A DNA stretch of 64,000 bases from Lophium mytilinum (Eukaryota): the NCBI GenBank assembly GCA_010093605.1, contig MU004196.1, positions 270,606 to 334,605 on the forward strand. Direction: 5' to 3'. Below the pieces are notes generated by a model. The model worked only from the letters and a program-made list of their open reading frames with translations. It was not told the origin of the DNA and made no database searches. Position numbers and translations under genes: made by a program. Shown here one piece after another: positions 1 to 12,300 of the stretch. The number at the start of each line of letters is the position of its first letter. Within the stretch, counting starts at the first letter, position 1.

Positions 1-751
1 CCTAACAGGTTCCGATATTGCTCTTCTGCATTTTCCCGTCCCTCATTACTTTCATCCAACTGCTCCTTCAGCCCTCCAATCTCTTCCTCATGCTTTTCCT
101 GTATACTCTCCAAACCTCGCCGTAGCTCGGCCACCTCCGCGCGTAAAGAATCACGCTCTTGCGCCAGCGCCTCTAGCCTTGATTCCGTGTCCGCTGTCGG
201 GGGAGATGAGGAGGATTGCTGCCGGCTGCGCGCCATAGCAGCGGCAACGGCATTGGAGATACCACTGGGAGGGGGACTTGTAGTGCCATTTGTGAGGGTG
301 TGCGAGGGGGTGTCTGGTTCGGAGTCGGGGTCATGGTCGTGGTTATTTGGGGTCGGTTTCTACAAGGCCTTTAGCTGCTTCTTCTTTCCCATAGACTAGA
401 GAGTATAGGGAAGGGTTTGTAGATAGAGCAAACACGCACACTTATTGTTTCCGCCTCTTCATCCTCCTCCTGTATCTCCGGCTCTGGTGTCTCGGGCACG
501 CTGTTCCCATTCACGCTCTCCTCCACCTTCGCGCCCGCTCCACCACCTCCACCGCCGGCGCCCTTCTTCTTCTTGCTCTTCTTCTTGGATTTGGAACTCG
601 GCACTGTCCACTCTTATCAGCATTGGTCTTTCAAGATCTCGATATAAGCTTCCGAGCCTTCCCCAGCCCTCCCTTGCCCGGTCTTAGAGTAAGAAGTGGC
701 ATACGTACCATGAGCATTCTCCACCAGATCCGCTGAGCCGGGGGCGGACAT
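1..751 (-). CDS. Coiled-coil golgin, probably Rud3/GMAP-210-like (5' part only; runs off the window)
   Basis: ATG at 751; intron 708-604 (GTACGT...GCTGAT...CAG) and a second intron at about 440-361. Exons give MSAPGSADLVENAH..PSSKSKKKSKKKK... then a coiled coil DTESRLEALAQERDSLRAEVAELRR...EEQYRNLLG, which resembles fungal Rud3 N-terminal coils as I recall them. Confidence 0.65.
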
Positions 752-1437
752 TGTGACTAGACTGATTCCAGACCGCGGGAGTTGATCGAGGGGTAAAGCT
801 GTGGAACGCGTGGGGTAAGGTATGGGAAGCGTGGTGTTTAGTTAATTCATTGGTACCCTCGACTTGGCGTCGTGGCCGTTAATCTCAGACGGGGATCATG
901 ACGGAAGCTACGCAGCGGTACCAAATGTACCCAGGCTCAAAATCAACCACTCAGGAGCATGCATATATTTGCAAAGCCCAAAGGGTTAAGAGCTGTTCTG
1001 GACCGATCTGATTATTTAGAGATAGCGGAGTTGTACCCCACCAATGGCGGTTGATTTGGAATACTTCGAGTACTGGAACTGAAACCCCTCATCCTTCGAC
1101 CCGATGCGGGAACTAATGCACTTGAGCACCATCATCTGGCTCCCGCTGAAGCTATTTGCGGGGTAGTTTGTAGCCAATACTGTCAACCGATTATACTCCT
1201 AGGCGTTTCATAGGTTGCGGAGTGTCTTTGTTCATGTCTACGGCCAGATGGAGGGTCCAAATAAAGTTATGAAGCTCTATAGTAGCCAGACCCCTCATGG
1301 TGTAGACGTCATCATGGATAGATATATAATTTACAATTGGCGATTCCACTCATTTAATTGCAATATCGATGTCTTCATTCTTGACAGTAAACTCTGAATT
1401 CTCCCTCTCATCCAACCCTCCTGCACCATACACCGCC

Positions 1438-2735
1438 ATGGCTGACCTCTCCAACCGCCCCTACATCCATTGGAACGACCCCAATGTCGAAAAGATTCCG
1501 CCAAATGAAGCCGAGGACATTCAAGCTGTGGCAGACATGATCAATCTGATCCAGAAAACCCACTATAACAAGACGAGACACGCGTATGGAGGAACACACG
1601 CTCGCACCCAAGGCGTCGTCAAAGGGACCTTCGTGGTCCCTGATGACCTCCCGAAACATCTCAAGCAGACCGAGCTATTCGAGAAGGGTGGAGAGTATCA
1701 ATGTATTTGCAGGTACAGCAGTGAGCCCGGTGATCCAGGCCTTGACGTAAGTCAACCGGGCGTTTGAGATTTAGGAAAGGGGTAATCTTGGGGATGAGAC
1801 TCATGATACTGAGGAAGAAGAATTGGTAATTACCATGAAACAGCTAACAAACCTCCCAGGATCGCATTCCTCAACCACGCGGCTTCGCCATGAAACTATT
1901 TGACGTCCACGGCAAGATGTTCTCCGGTTTTGATTGGCCAACGCAAGACATCGAGTTCAACTCCACCCCGGCTCTCGACCTTGCCGACGCAAAGACAACA
2001 AAGGAAATTATAGATCTCCGCATAAATTACGGCAACGACAAGCCCGAGCTATACAAACATCTTGAGAAACGTGAAGATACTACACTGCAAAAGGGACGCG
2101 ACGGAGTCCGTAACACGCATCTTGAATCTACGCGCCAGTACTCGCAAACTGCGTATCGCTTCGGGGACTACGTGATCAAGTATTGCCTCGTGCCGAGCTC
2201 CGAGACGCAGAAGAAAATGTACGATGAGACGGTTAAGCCGGAAGATGGTGACGATATCCTGTCGCGCTGGCTGAAGAGCTTCCACGAAGACCATGACGCA
2301 GAATACCTGTTCCAGGTGCAACTTTGTGAGAATTTGGAGGACCAGCCCGTGGAGTATGCGGGCAAAGTGTGGGATCCGGAAAAGTACCCGTGGCAGACGG
2401 TTGCGACTTTGAAGATTCCGAAACAAGATAGTTTTAATTACGAAAGGAAAATGTTCTGGGAGGATCATATGCGCGTTGACCCGTGGCACGGGCTCATAAG
2501 CCTGCAGCCGCTCGGGGGCCCGAATCGGTTGAGGAGAGTTGGTAAGTTGTGCATTTCTACGTGAGTCTGATGAATTTGAAGTAGTATCGGATGCGTCTTG
2601 GTTGGTTTGGGTTGCAAATTCGCACAATGCTAACTTTGTGTGTTTGATGTAGTATACCCAGCTAGCAGCGCCATGCGGAGGAAGCTGAACGGCAGGAAGG
2701 AGTTCAACGTTACATCCATAAACGATATACCGTAA
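1438..2735 (+). CDS. Small heme-dependent catalase-like protein (catalase-related peroxidase type)
   Basis: GCCATGG start at 1438; introns at about 1747-1859 and 2542-2651. Distal-His motif GTHARTQG, RYSSEPGDPGLDDRIPQPRGFAMK, and proximal segment QPLGGPNRLRRVVY. Confidence 0.85.
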
Positions 2736-3423
2736 GGTGGTTGGGAGTATCGTGAGCGGGAAACTGAGCAGGATCATACTGTACATACATACCATCTGTT
2801 AGCTAGAATAATGACGACTTCCTGTTTGGCTGATTCCGAGACTGGTGCTCTGAAACACTAGGGGCACTGTAAAGCTACATTTTTTAATCAGAAGATAGTG
2901 ACACCGTTCATCTGATAAAGCTCCTTTTGTGGCTGGCGCTCTCCCCGTCGTTGTAATTGATGCCTCAGCGATGCTGTATAAATCTCCACGCAGTTACGTG
3001 CGAAAAGATGGCAATGTGGAGCGGCTGGAGCACTGCTTCGCCTTCAAGCCGTATGCGCTGCCCATCGGCAATCTCGAGTCTATGTTGCAGCTGTCAGATG
3101 CGCCTGAGGCCATGTTCAAGCCGCAAAATACTTCGGGGTGTTGCAGGAGGTGGCCATCCCGTGAGGCATCTGAGGCCCCGTGGCTGGCTATGGTAGCGTT
3201 GGAGGATAGCTGATCATACAGTACTTCTCGCCGCCCGCATTGGCAGTGTCCTCACCCTTCAGGCCATGAAGTGAGGTTGCTTCTCTCACGCGAGCGCGCG
3301 CCTTCGTCGTCGCTGCTCCCGCGAATCGGATCGTCCTTCCAAAGTTCCATGGGTCGCGCCAGAAGCTTGGGGCTTCGACGTCAACACCAAGCTCTATATC
3401 AACGTCCCCATTCTTCAGTAACG

Positions 3424-4875
3424 ATGATGGCTCCATCTAGGGGCATGCGCCAGCTGCAGCAAGCTTCGCACAAGCTGCTGGCAAGCGGTGGGAGGCGTGG
3501 CGGCCACAGGGGCATTACGTCGCTTGCGCAAACGATTTCCAACCCCATCCAGAGCTACATTTCCGAAAGCAACGACCCTTACCTCAACCTCTCCATTGAA
3601 CACTACCTCCTTCAGAAGTCGCCGCCCGACTCCACGATACTCTTCCTCTACACAAACCGGCCATGCGTAGTCATCGGGCGCAACCAGAACCCCTGGCTGG
3701 AGGTCAACCTGGGCATACTGAAGGCGGGGAGCTCAACGCCAGCGAGAGAGGATGGACAACCAGTCATCGGCAACGTGGACCTAGTGCGCCGTCGCTCAGG
3801 AGGTGGCACCGTCTTCCATGATGAGGGCAACGTCAATTGGAGCGTTATATGCCCACCGGCAGACTTCACGCGCGATAAGCATGCTGAGATGGTCGTGCGG
3901 GCGCTCCGCAAGCTGGGCATCGACCGGGCCAGAGTTAACGAGCGACACGACATCGTCCTAGACCAAGGCAATCGAAGTGGCAGAAGCGACCCCCAAGATA
4001 CCCATAGGACGCCATATACGGTCGACGACGGAGCTGGCCCACGGCCGCTGAAGGTATCGGGATCGGCATACAAGCTCACCCGGAACAGAGCTCTCCACCA
4101 TGGAACCTGTCTCTTGCGATCGCCAAACCTCGTGACTATACCGCAATACCTCCACTCGCCGGCAAAACCGTACCTCAAAGCACGGGGCGTCGAGAGCGTA
4201 AGCTCGCCGGTCGCGAATATCGGGTTGAGCAACCAGGCGTTTCAGAAGCAAGTTCAAGAAGAATTTGCGCGAATGTATTCCGGTGTACCAGCGGCGAACG
4301 GGGTCGACCAGTCGCTTCTCAGCACTCCTGAAATCAGCAAGGGATACGATGAGCTCAGAGTATGTCATCTCATGAACCCTCCCGTGGTCTTCAACAGGAT
4401 TGCTGACTTGATTTAGACTTTGGATTGGACGTATTCTCAAACCCCTCAATTTACTCTGTCGAGCCACCCCGAACTCGACGAAGATCCGCAAGTTTTGGTG
4501 CATGGTCGTTCAGATACATCCCCAGTACCATGGTTTCATCCAAAGGTGAGCATTCGACTTTCTAGTCTTTCGGCGGACCTAAGATCGACATAAGGTCGAG
4601 AGAGCCCTTGTGAAGACATAGCTGACCCTGTTGAGCAGATTCCAGTCATTTTTAAGGTTCAGCATGGTGCCATTGTTGACGTCGAATCATCTACAATGTC
4701 AGCTCAGAACCTCGAGGTTTTATCGACCCTGAAAGACCAAAAGATACAAGAGCTGGAGAAATTGACATACGAGCTTGAAAGAGAAGGAGACGAAAATTCC
4801 ACGATGATTCGACCTGTCGCCAACTGGCTTGAGGCGATGCTGCCAATAGTGGATGTGGCACTTTCGAAGGACTGA
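3424..4875 (+). CDS. AIM22: Mitochondrial lipoate-protein ligase A (Aim22/LIPT1 family)
   Basis: Motifs NLSIEHYL, VVIGRNQNPW, RRRSGGGTVFHDEGN and KVSGSAYK..HHGTCL. Introns 4360-4416 and about 4546-4639 join in frame through WTYSQTPQF to TGA at 4875. An alternative ATG lies at 3349. Confidence 0.9.
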
Positions 4876-4999
4876 ACACAGCTCTCGAAAACGCGATGTT
4901 CAACTTACTGTCGATTGCTTTGCAACCGTCTACTACCACACTTGCCCTGGACTAGTCTAGCCTTGACTGGATTTAAAAGGCAGTTTGCAAGGGATGCTA

Positions 5000-7100
5000 A
5001 TTCCTACCTGTTACATCCAGCATATTATAGTATAGGATGAGACGTCGTGACACCGACTAATTCGAGGACGGACAGGAAGAAGGCGAGACCTCTCGTTGAA
5101 GACTTAGCAATTCTTGTTTTCAAGTCCGACAACCTCTCTGACTAATGATAATTAACGTCGATGGCCGTAGGAGCTAGCAAATACAGTGCTGAACTCTCTG
5201 AGAAAGGATGAGTGCTGGAAACTATTCATGCTATCTGAGCAGAGAACCTGTTGCCAGTCAACACGAGTCTTTGTCTTATCCACGTTAGCTTGCTTATAAA
5301 CAGTCTTCCTTTGGCATCGTATGCTATTTCGTAACCAATATGCCTTCTTTTTCCTTCCTTGTTGTCAACCTCTTTCTTTGAGAGGACAACTCTCCTCTGT
5401 CTCTTTGATGTCCATTGAACGAGTAAGACATCTCATGAGCAACTGGAATTCGTCATAACATCCAGTCTTTCGTCTTCCTTTCCATTATGCTTTTTTTCTT
5501 GCTCCCGATCATTTCCTGCTGTCAACTTTCAATTCTATGGCATCGATGCCGTCTGTGATCTTGGCTTTCAGCGTTCGTTTGATTCCAAGATACCGAAGCT
5601 CAGTCCGGAGGCCAGAACCCTATCGCGTTAGCCTAGGACCAATGATCCAGTACCAAGGAAGCCCGGACCAAAGACCAGGATTTAGTACCAGGATTCAGGA
5701 CCAGGAGTCAGGACCAGTGTTCAGGACCAATGTCCAGGAACCAGCAGCCAAGACATAAGTCTACCATGGCATTCATGTGGATGCCAATGCCGCTTCTTTC
5801 ATCAACTTCAAATCCTATTGTGCCTGCAGCTTCATCACGCCTCCAACGGCTCGAGCATTCAACAGTGTGGCCGCAATCATGTCCATTGGCTCGTACAACG
5901 TAGCGATCGTCAAGGCGTCTCGGCTGGCTATCGAGTAATGTGGAGGGGAGGATGGTCGCTTGGTGCCGCGTGCGACTGTCCTGTACGATGCCTGCCAATC
6001 GACTCCAGGCTAGTCAGTATGGCTAATCGAACGAAGTAACCAAAGAGATGAGGGATGTTAGCAAACGCTCTTCGTCTTCCACCTCAACTTCACCTTTGCT
6101 GCCCTTGACTAGGTGCTTTTTGCTGAGGCTGTCTTGCGTCTGCTCTCAGAGCACCTGGTTCGACGACTCGATTGAGGGGCCGACTCTGCTGCCATCGAAG
6201 CAGACCGAGTATCCCGAATCTCTCTTGGGCACCTCCTTGATGCAAATATGTTGGGCTCGTGTGTGAGTCTGCTGGGGGTGGCCGTATATCGTTGCTGCAC
6301 GACTCCATGGACTCATACTCTAGGCCTCTTCCATCTGTTTAATGACGCTCTCCTGTGCCATGAGATGGCTCGATGGTGTGCGGCTGATCAGTATCGACGT
6401 CCGGGGCTGCCAGCCTAGCCATCACATTCGACCGCTCGTTCGGACTGCCGTCGCTGCTCGGAAGCCGGAATCAATTCCTCGCCATCCAGTATTGCTGTCG
6501 TGCTGGAGCTAGCCTGCTGCTCAGTGGCTCATATTTTGAGGTCGACGGTGTGGAGATGGCGGATGGCAGCTTGAGCAGCAATGAAGCCGTTGAACAAATA
6601 TCACGCCTGCCTCGAGGTGTGGTGCCCGCTTTCGGCCGGGTGGTCGGCGACTCTCCGTGGACACCAAAACCTAGTTATGACTGCTGCTCTAGACTCGTCG
6701 TCCGTGCTCTGGAGCTCGCCGCTTTGCTGTGGAGGGTTGATGGTGATGGGGCTGGTGACCGAAGCGGTGGCCGCGGCAGTCTATCAACAACTTCAAGGAG
6801 ACGGACGCCCGCGACGCATCTCCACTCATTGTGGTGGACGCCTTGAGCATTGCACTGCTAAAAGCATAGTGCATCGATGAAGCTACGGATCTGGCAATCC
6901 CTACAGTAGATCGACTTCAAGCCACTGGGCAGTGTCTCAAGATATGATGTTGGGGTCTCCCTGGAAAATGCTGTGAACGAAGGAGTCCAGCTCAGGGTGC
7001 CACCCCTTCAACACTGCTATTCACATCACGGCAAGAAGACCTCTTCATGTCCTGTTGAGAGTATTCTCTGTGGAGTCTACATATCGGCAGCTATGGCGAG
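5000..7100 (-). pseudogene. Possible decayed protein-coding remnant, family unrecognised
   Basis: One minus frame from about 6780 to 5765 reads as protein-like, interrupted only by TGA/TAG stops. It is followed by an intron-like segment (GTAGAC at about 5764 ... GCTAAC...TAG at about 5621). Confidence 0.25.
5633..5755. repeat. Degenerate ~13-bp minisatellite (CAGGACCARTGTY-like), about 9 copies
   Basis: Visible units include caggaccaggagt, caggaccagtgtt and caggaccaatgtc. Confidence 0.75.
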
Positions 7101-7176
7101 TAAACTAAGGGGAATGCGTGGGCCCTCATGGTGTTGCAAAGCTCGCGAATCGCCAAAAAGAAGCCCTCCACCCCCA

Positions 7177-7187
7177 GGACTCGAACT
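7177..7187 (-). promoter_or_regulatory. Isolated Pol III B-box-like motif (AGTTCGAGTCC)
   Basis: The minus strand reads GGGAGTTCGAGTCC, followed about 15 nt later by TTCTTTTT. I could not build a tRNA cloverleaf around it. Confidence 0.3.
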
Positions 7188-9349
7188 CCCAACCCTCGCC
7201 TACGGCCAAAATGCAAAAAAAAAATGTTGAAGCAACTCTTTGATAGAGCGTGTCATCCTTAGTGCAGGGGCCATGCTGATCTTCTCTGTGTTGTTTCAAA
7301 TTGACCAAATGCCCGAAGGCGGGAGATGGTCGGAAATATACGAAATATATACCTAAGCTGCGGAAAAGTAAACAAGCACGGGCCAGCTCCATGCGGGATT
7401 TTACACCTTAGGAGCGCCTCTCGAGCACCTCAGCACGCCCGAATGGATACGTTTATTGCTTGTCACGATGCACGGAGGATATGAAGAGTCTCACGGCTGT
7501 CATAACGCTTATGATCGCGATTTGAAGCTACTCTACGCGTTTTCTGGCAACTCACTCTGCTGGAAGCCAGCCACTGGACGATTTTCACCCAGTGGGATTC
7601 CAGACTAGCGGGTTTTACTGCGCCAGCTGTCAATTCGGTCACTACACTCCTACCACTGAAATCACCGCAGTGGATGATTTGGAAAAGTGAATGTAGATGT
7701 CCCACACGGTCCCCGAGTGCGAGCACGGGCTTCGAATTGACATGGCAACTGAAGCCCATCTCTGATGCACTTCCATCAGAACGAGCATATTAAGCTTCAC
7801 TTCGTGCGACTCGAAGAAGTGCAAAGGCGTTGAAACCTGCAAACCTAGCATACCCAAAGCTCTCGCCATTGCCTGAAATTCTGGAGACGCAAGTAACGCT
7901 CAGAAGATCAATAATAATGTTGACGCCAAAACTGAATATGGAAAATGCGGTTATCCTTCTCAAAACCCACCGAATCCTGGTGGTGGGACATACAGATCTC
8001 AGGGGTACTGCTGAAAGCTCCGCTTAAGCTCAATTGGGGATTCGATCATGCCCACCGTCATTCCCTCACTGCAATTTCGTGAAATGATGGAATGGAGGTG
8101 ATAAAATAACGTCGCTCACCTCCTGACATCGGAGATCATGATGCTTCGAGCCGCTTCCCGAATGACATAGATCCCACTTCTCGACCTACCTGCAACTTCA
8201 TAGCAAACAGAGCGAATAATGTGAACGAGAGAGGGCTATGACACCCAAAGTCTCAGTTCGCAAAATCTGAAATATCGAGCAGAACCTAGAAATCTTGCAA
8301 AGGTGCTGGAAGATACGGCCCAAAACCCTACCGCCTCAGGACAAAATTTGAGGAGCTCCTATTGCCGTAACACGTCCTCGGAGGAAAGCGTGGCGGTGTC
8401 GAGCGTTGCGAAGATAGCGGAGGAGTGGACTCCCTTACCTCGCCTTCAATCTAGAGGTGACAGTCAGCAGTGCTGCCGCTTACAATATCGCCTGAGAGAC
8501 TTGATATATGGTGTTCGTGGCACTAGGAAAGCTCCAGTATTATCAGAATTCTGCAAACATGCTGAAATATCGGCCCATGGTTTCACTCGGGGCGTATGGG
8601 TTGGGATGGAAAAGACGAGCTAACGTCTTGAACTCAGTTACAAGAGCGAAGTGAAAGACAATTTACCTGGAGGAACCCACTGTTTCTGCCGTGGAGGGCA
8701 ATTCGGGTGTTACGATTTCCTAAGCCTGGACGTGAAAGCACGATAGCGGTCATTGAGACCTGAATGCTGATGACCGGCCTAAGCATTCTTGTAGCATCGA
8801 AATCAATGTAAAAGCTCGGGGACTACTTCCAAAAGACGATACAGTTGAACTCCAACCTGGGATTTCAGGGATACTCAAAAATCCCTGACAGTGCTGAGCT
8901 CTTGTCATAACATCCTTCATCTCGAACTCTACACAACTGCCCATAGGCTTTCTAACTGCAACGAAAAGTTCGACATCTAAGGGCAGATCTGATAGCAAAT
9001 TCGTTTGAGGTGTACCTCAGAACTTACAAATTCTTTGGGGTCTCTAAGCATTGCTGAGGACCCGGCAGAATCATGGTCATTATAATACCCGATTTACTCC
9101 AAACCGGCGCCTTGAACGACGACAAGCAAGACCGTACGACCATCACTCCCAAAGCTTCGGCATGTCGCAAAATCTAAAGTCTTGATCTACGATTTGCAAC
9201 CTTTGACGTCTCATATCGCAAAAGTCTCCCACTGTCTTGAAGCCACCTAGAGACATATCTCTGCTTCCAAATTGATAAGCATGTTCCTATAAATCTTACC
9301 TTTGGAGCCGCGCCTCAAAGCAAAATCCGAAGGCTCGGTTCAGCACGTC

Positions 9350-12300
9350 CGAACTTTGACATTGTCTTCCCAGATTATCTCCACGTCCAGGAGTCCTTCA
9401 AGATCATATCGCTGGCCCCCTATCAAACGCATGGGATCATGGATCTTGATTGCCATGGATTACCCACAAGGAGATGCCATGTCAAACTCACAGTTCAATC
9501 CAGCGTGTGTAGGCTCCGACATCGCACATCGAAAATTACCCACCGTCCCGAGGATCTTTGGAATGATATCATTGCTTTCAAGCCGAACGCATAGAAAGTC
9601 TTGATTTGGAGTGGTTGGAAGTATGCTTGAATGGACCCACGAAAATATCCAAGGCCAGTGTCAGAGACCTATGGATGTGACATTCAACCGCGACATTTTT
9701 GACTAGCTGGTGGCCTTCGGACGATATCATACCCTCGGAAAAAAAATTTAATATCAAACTCCGACTTGAAGAGAGAAGCAAATATCTAGGCAGCTAGAGA
9801 TCGAAATTCCTATAGTCCCAATCAAAGATGAGGGAATCTGACTTTCACCCTAGAGTTCCTAATTAGAAGGGCGACTCCCGACGCCGTTGAAAGGCAACAA
9901 TGCTATGGGGTTCAAGCTTAGAATCAAACAGAGAAGCGATTTCCACCTAATCCAGCAGCTGTATCAAGCCACAGAATCCGGACTCTTGGATTCAAGAGCA
10001 GCGAAAGTGGCATTCGGCAAGGAGAACTTTGCCCAGCTAGAGCGCCTCCAACGTTGTCAAGCAATGAAAAATGCGAAGCAATCTTGATGCAAGATCGAAG
10101 GGAAGAACCAATATCATCCGAATCATGGACCAAGTGGAGGAGCGGATTCCGAGCGCCAGAGTCGAAAGAGACCGAACATGACATTCGACGGGAAATTTTC
10201 CACCAGCTAGAGGACTTCCAACGCTGGCAAAGACCTTTCAAAGGTACAGATGCAGAGTTGCAGCTCTACATGAGAAGCATCTGCATTGAATATCTCGTCC
10301 AACTCCAGTCCTCGAAAACCAGTTTTAGATCTGCAGCCTGCAGAAATGATGTCCGACCGAAAGAATTTCGACTTTCCGAAGGAACTCGGACGTCGCCAAG
10401 CAAGATTCAAAGAAGCAGGTCCATGACGTTGGAATATACACAACTTGCCGTCTCCTCTGCTTTTCGAGGTGTTTGACCTAAGTATGAGCTAGCAAGGTCA
10501 GGCTGCAAGTGTAGGAAACATGGCATCTTAGAGGAACATTCGCGAGAAGCTGGGAGACGAGCAAGGAAACTGCAGAGCCATGGCGTTGCTCGTTTGCCAT
10601 GAATATCTCAGAAGACAAGTAGGAGGGCGTTGCAGAGCCACAAGCTCAGTCCCTAAGGGTCCCGGAAGAAGAGTTCTTGGTTCTTTTCAAGAAGTTCGCC
10701 ACATGTAATGAAGATAGCGTTTGACCGACAAAATCTCGGCTAGCTAGAGGACTCCTGACGCCGCTAAACATCTAGCAAAGGAACGAGCGTGAAGCTTAGA
10801 TTTGAAGATGAAGCAAATCTTCGGGTTACCGGGTCACCAAGACCAGATTTTGATAACAGCGGACGCCAAATCCGCCTGCACAGAATTTGCACTGCCAGCG
10901 GACCTCAGACGGCGCCCATCGTCAGCCAAAACGCGATAACGTCGGGAGGTCAGATTTAAAGGACAAGAAACATTCCATTCAACCACGGAGATCTCGACTC
11001 GTTAGAGGCTTCAGACGGCGTTACCTGCGCAGCAAAACCTACGAACGTAAGGCTCTGTTTCAGGGTAGAAGCAAACCATGTATTCAAGATTCCAGGACCC
11101 GATATCGAGACTGGAGGACGAAAGCTTCGACCAGCCGGGCTTCGAGTAGCTGGAGGACGTGCGACGCCGTTCACGTCCGGCCAAAAGACCATGAAACTTC
11201 GAAGTGCTATTCGAAGGGCGTGGAATGGAACATTCGATCGAAAATATCTCAACCAGCTAAGGGGGTTCCGACGAGGCTAGCTATATTCCAAACCTACGGA
11301 CTTAGAGCTCGATTTTGAAGCTAGAGTAGACGCCATACCTTGCGGACTCCCGGGGCTAGATTCGCAGAGCCGGGATTGCAGCATTTAAATACAAAAAGCT
11401 CAAACAGCTAGGGGGCTTCAAACGCCGTCGAAGAGCGATCAAAACGCCTCGAAACCGCCAGGTCAGATATGAAGAATCGGGAGTACAGCATTCAACTGCG
11501 TAAATTTGGCCCAGCTGGGGGACCTCAAACGATGTTAAGAGGCGATCAAAATGGCGCGAAACTGCTAGGTCAGATTTGAAGGGCTGGAAACGTAACCTTC
11601 GATCAAGAGAATGTCGACTAGTTGGCGGACCTCTAACACCGGTGACCAGTGATCAAAATGCCGTGGAAAAGGGATATCAGACTTCAAGAGTTGAAAACGT
11701 GACATTCGACCGCGAGGATGTTGACCAGTCAACGGGCTTCAAACGCCGACAAGGAGCAGTCAAAACGGCGGGACTCTGCTGGGACAGAACCAAAGAGTAG
11801 GAAACTTGACATTCAACGGCGAGAATATCGACTGGCTGGCGGACCTCGAACGCCGGTAAGGAGCTATCAAAACGGCGGGAATCTACTGGGACTGATTTGA
11901 AGAGTATGCAACGGAACGTTCGACTGTGAGGAAGTTGACTAGCTGGCGGACCTCGAGCGCCGTGGAGACTCGATCAAGACCACCAGGAAAAGAGAGGTCA
12001 GACTTGAAGAGAAGAGATCATGACATCCGCGCGGCGGTTTTTGACGTTGCCAGGGCACTCCAAACATCGCTCAAGACCGATCATAACGCCCCGGAAAAGC
12101 GAAGTCAAATCTAAAGAGGAAAATTATAACATCCTTCCGGCGATTTGTGAGGCTGTCAGGGCACCTCAAACGCCGTGCAAGACCGATCAAAACGCCTTAG
12201 AAAAGCGATGTCGAATCTGAAGAGAAGAAACTGTAACATCCTTCCGGCGATTTGTACGGCTGCCAGGGTATTCCAAACGTCGTTCACGACCGAACAAAAC

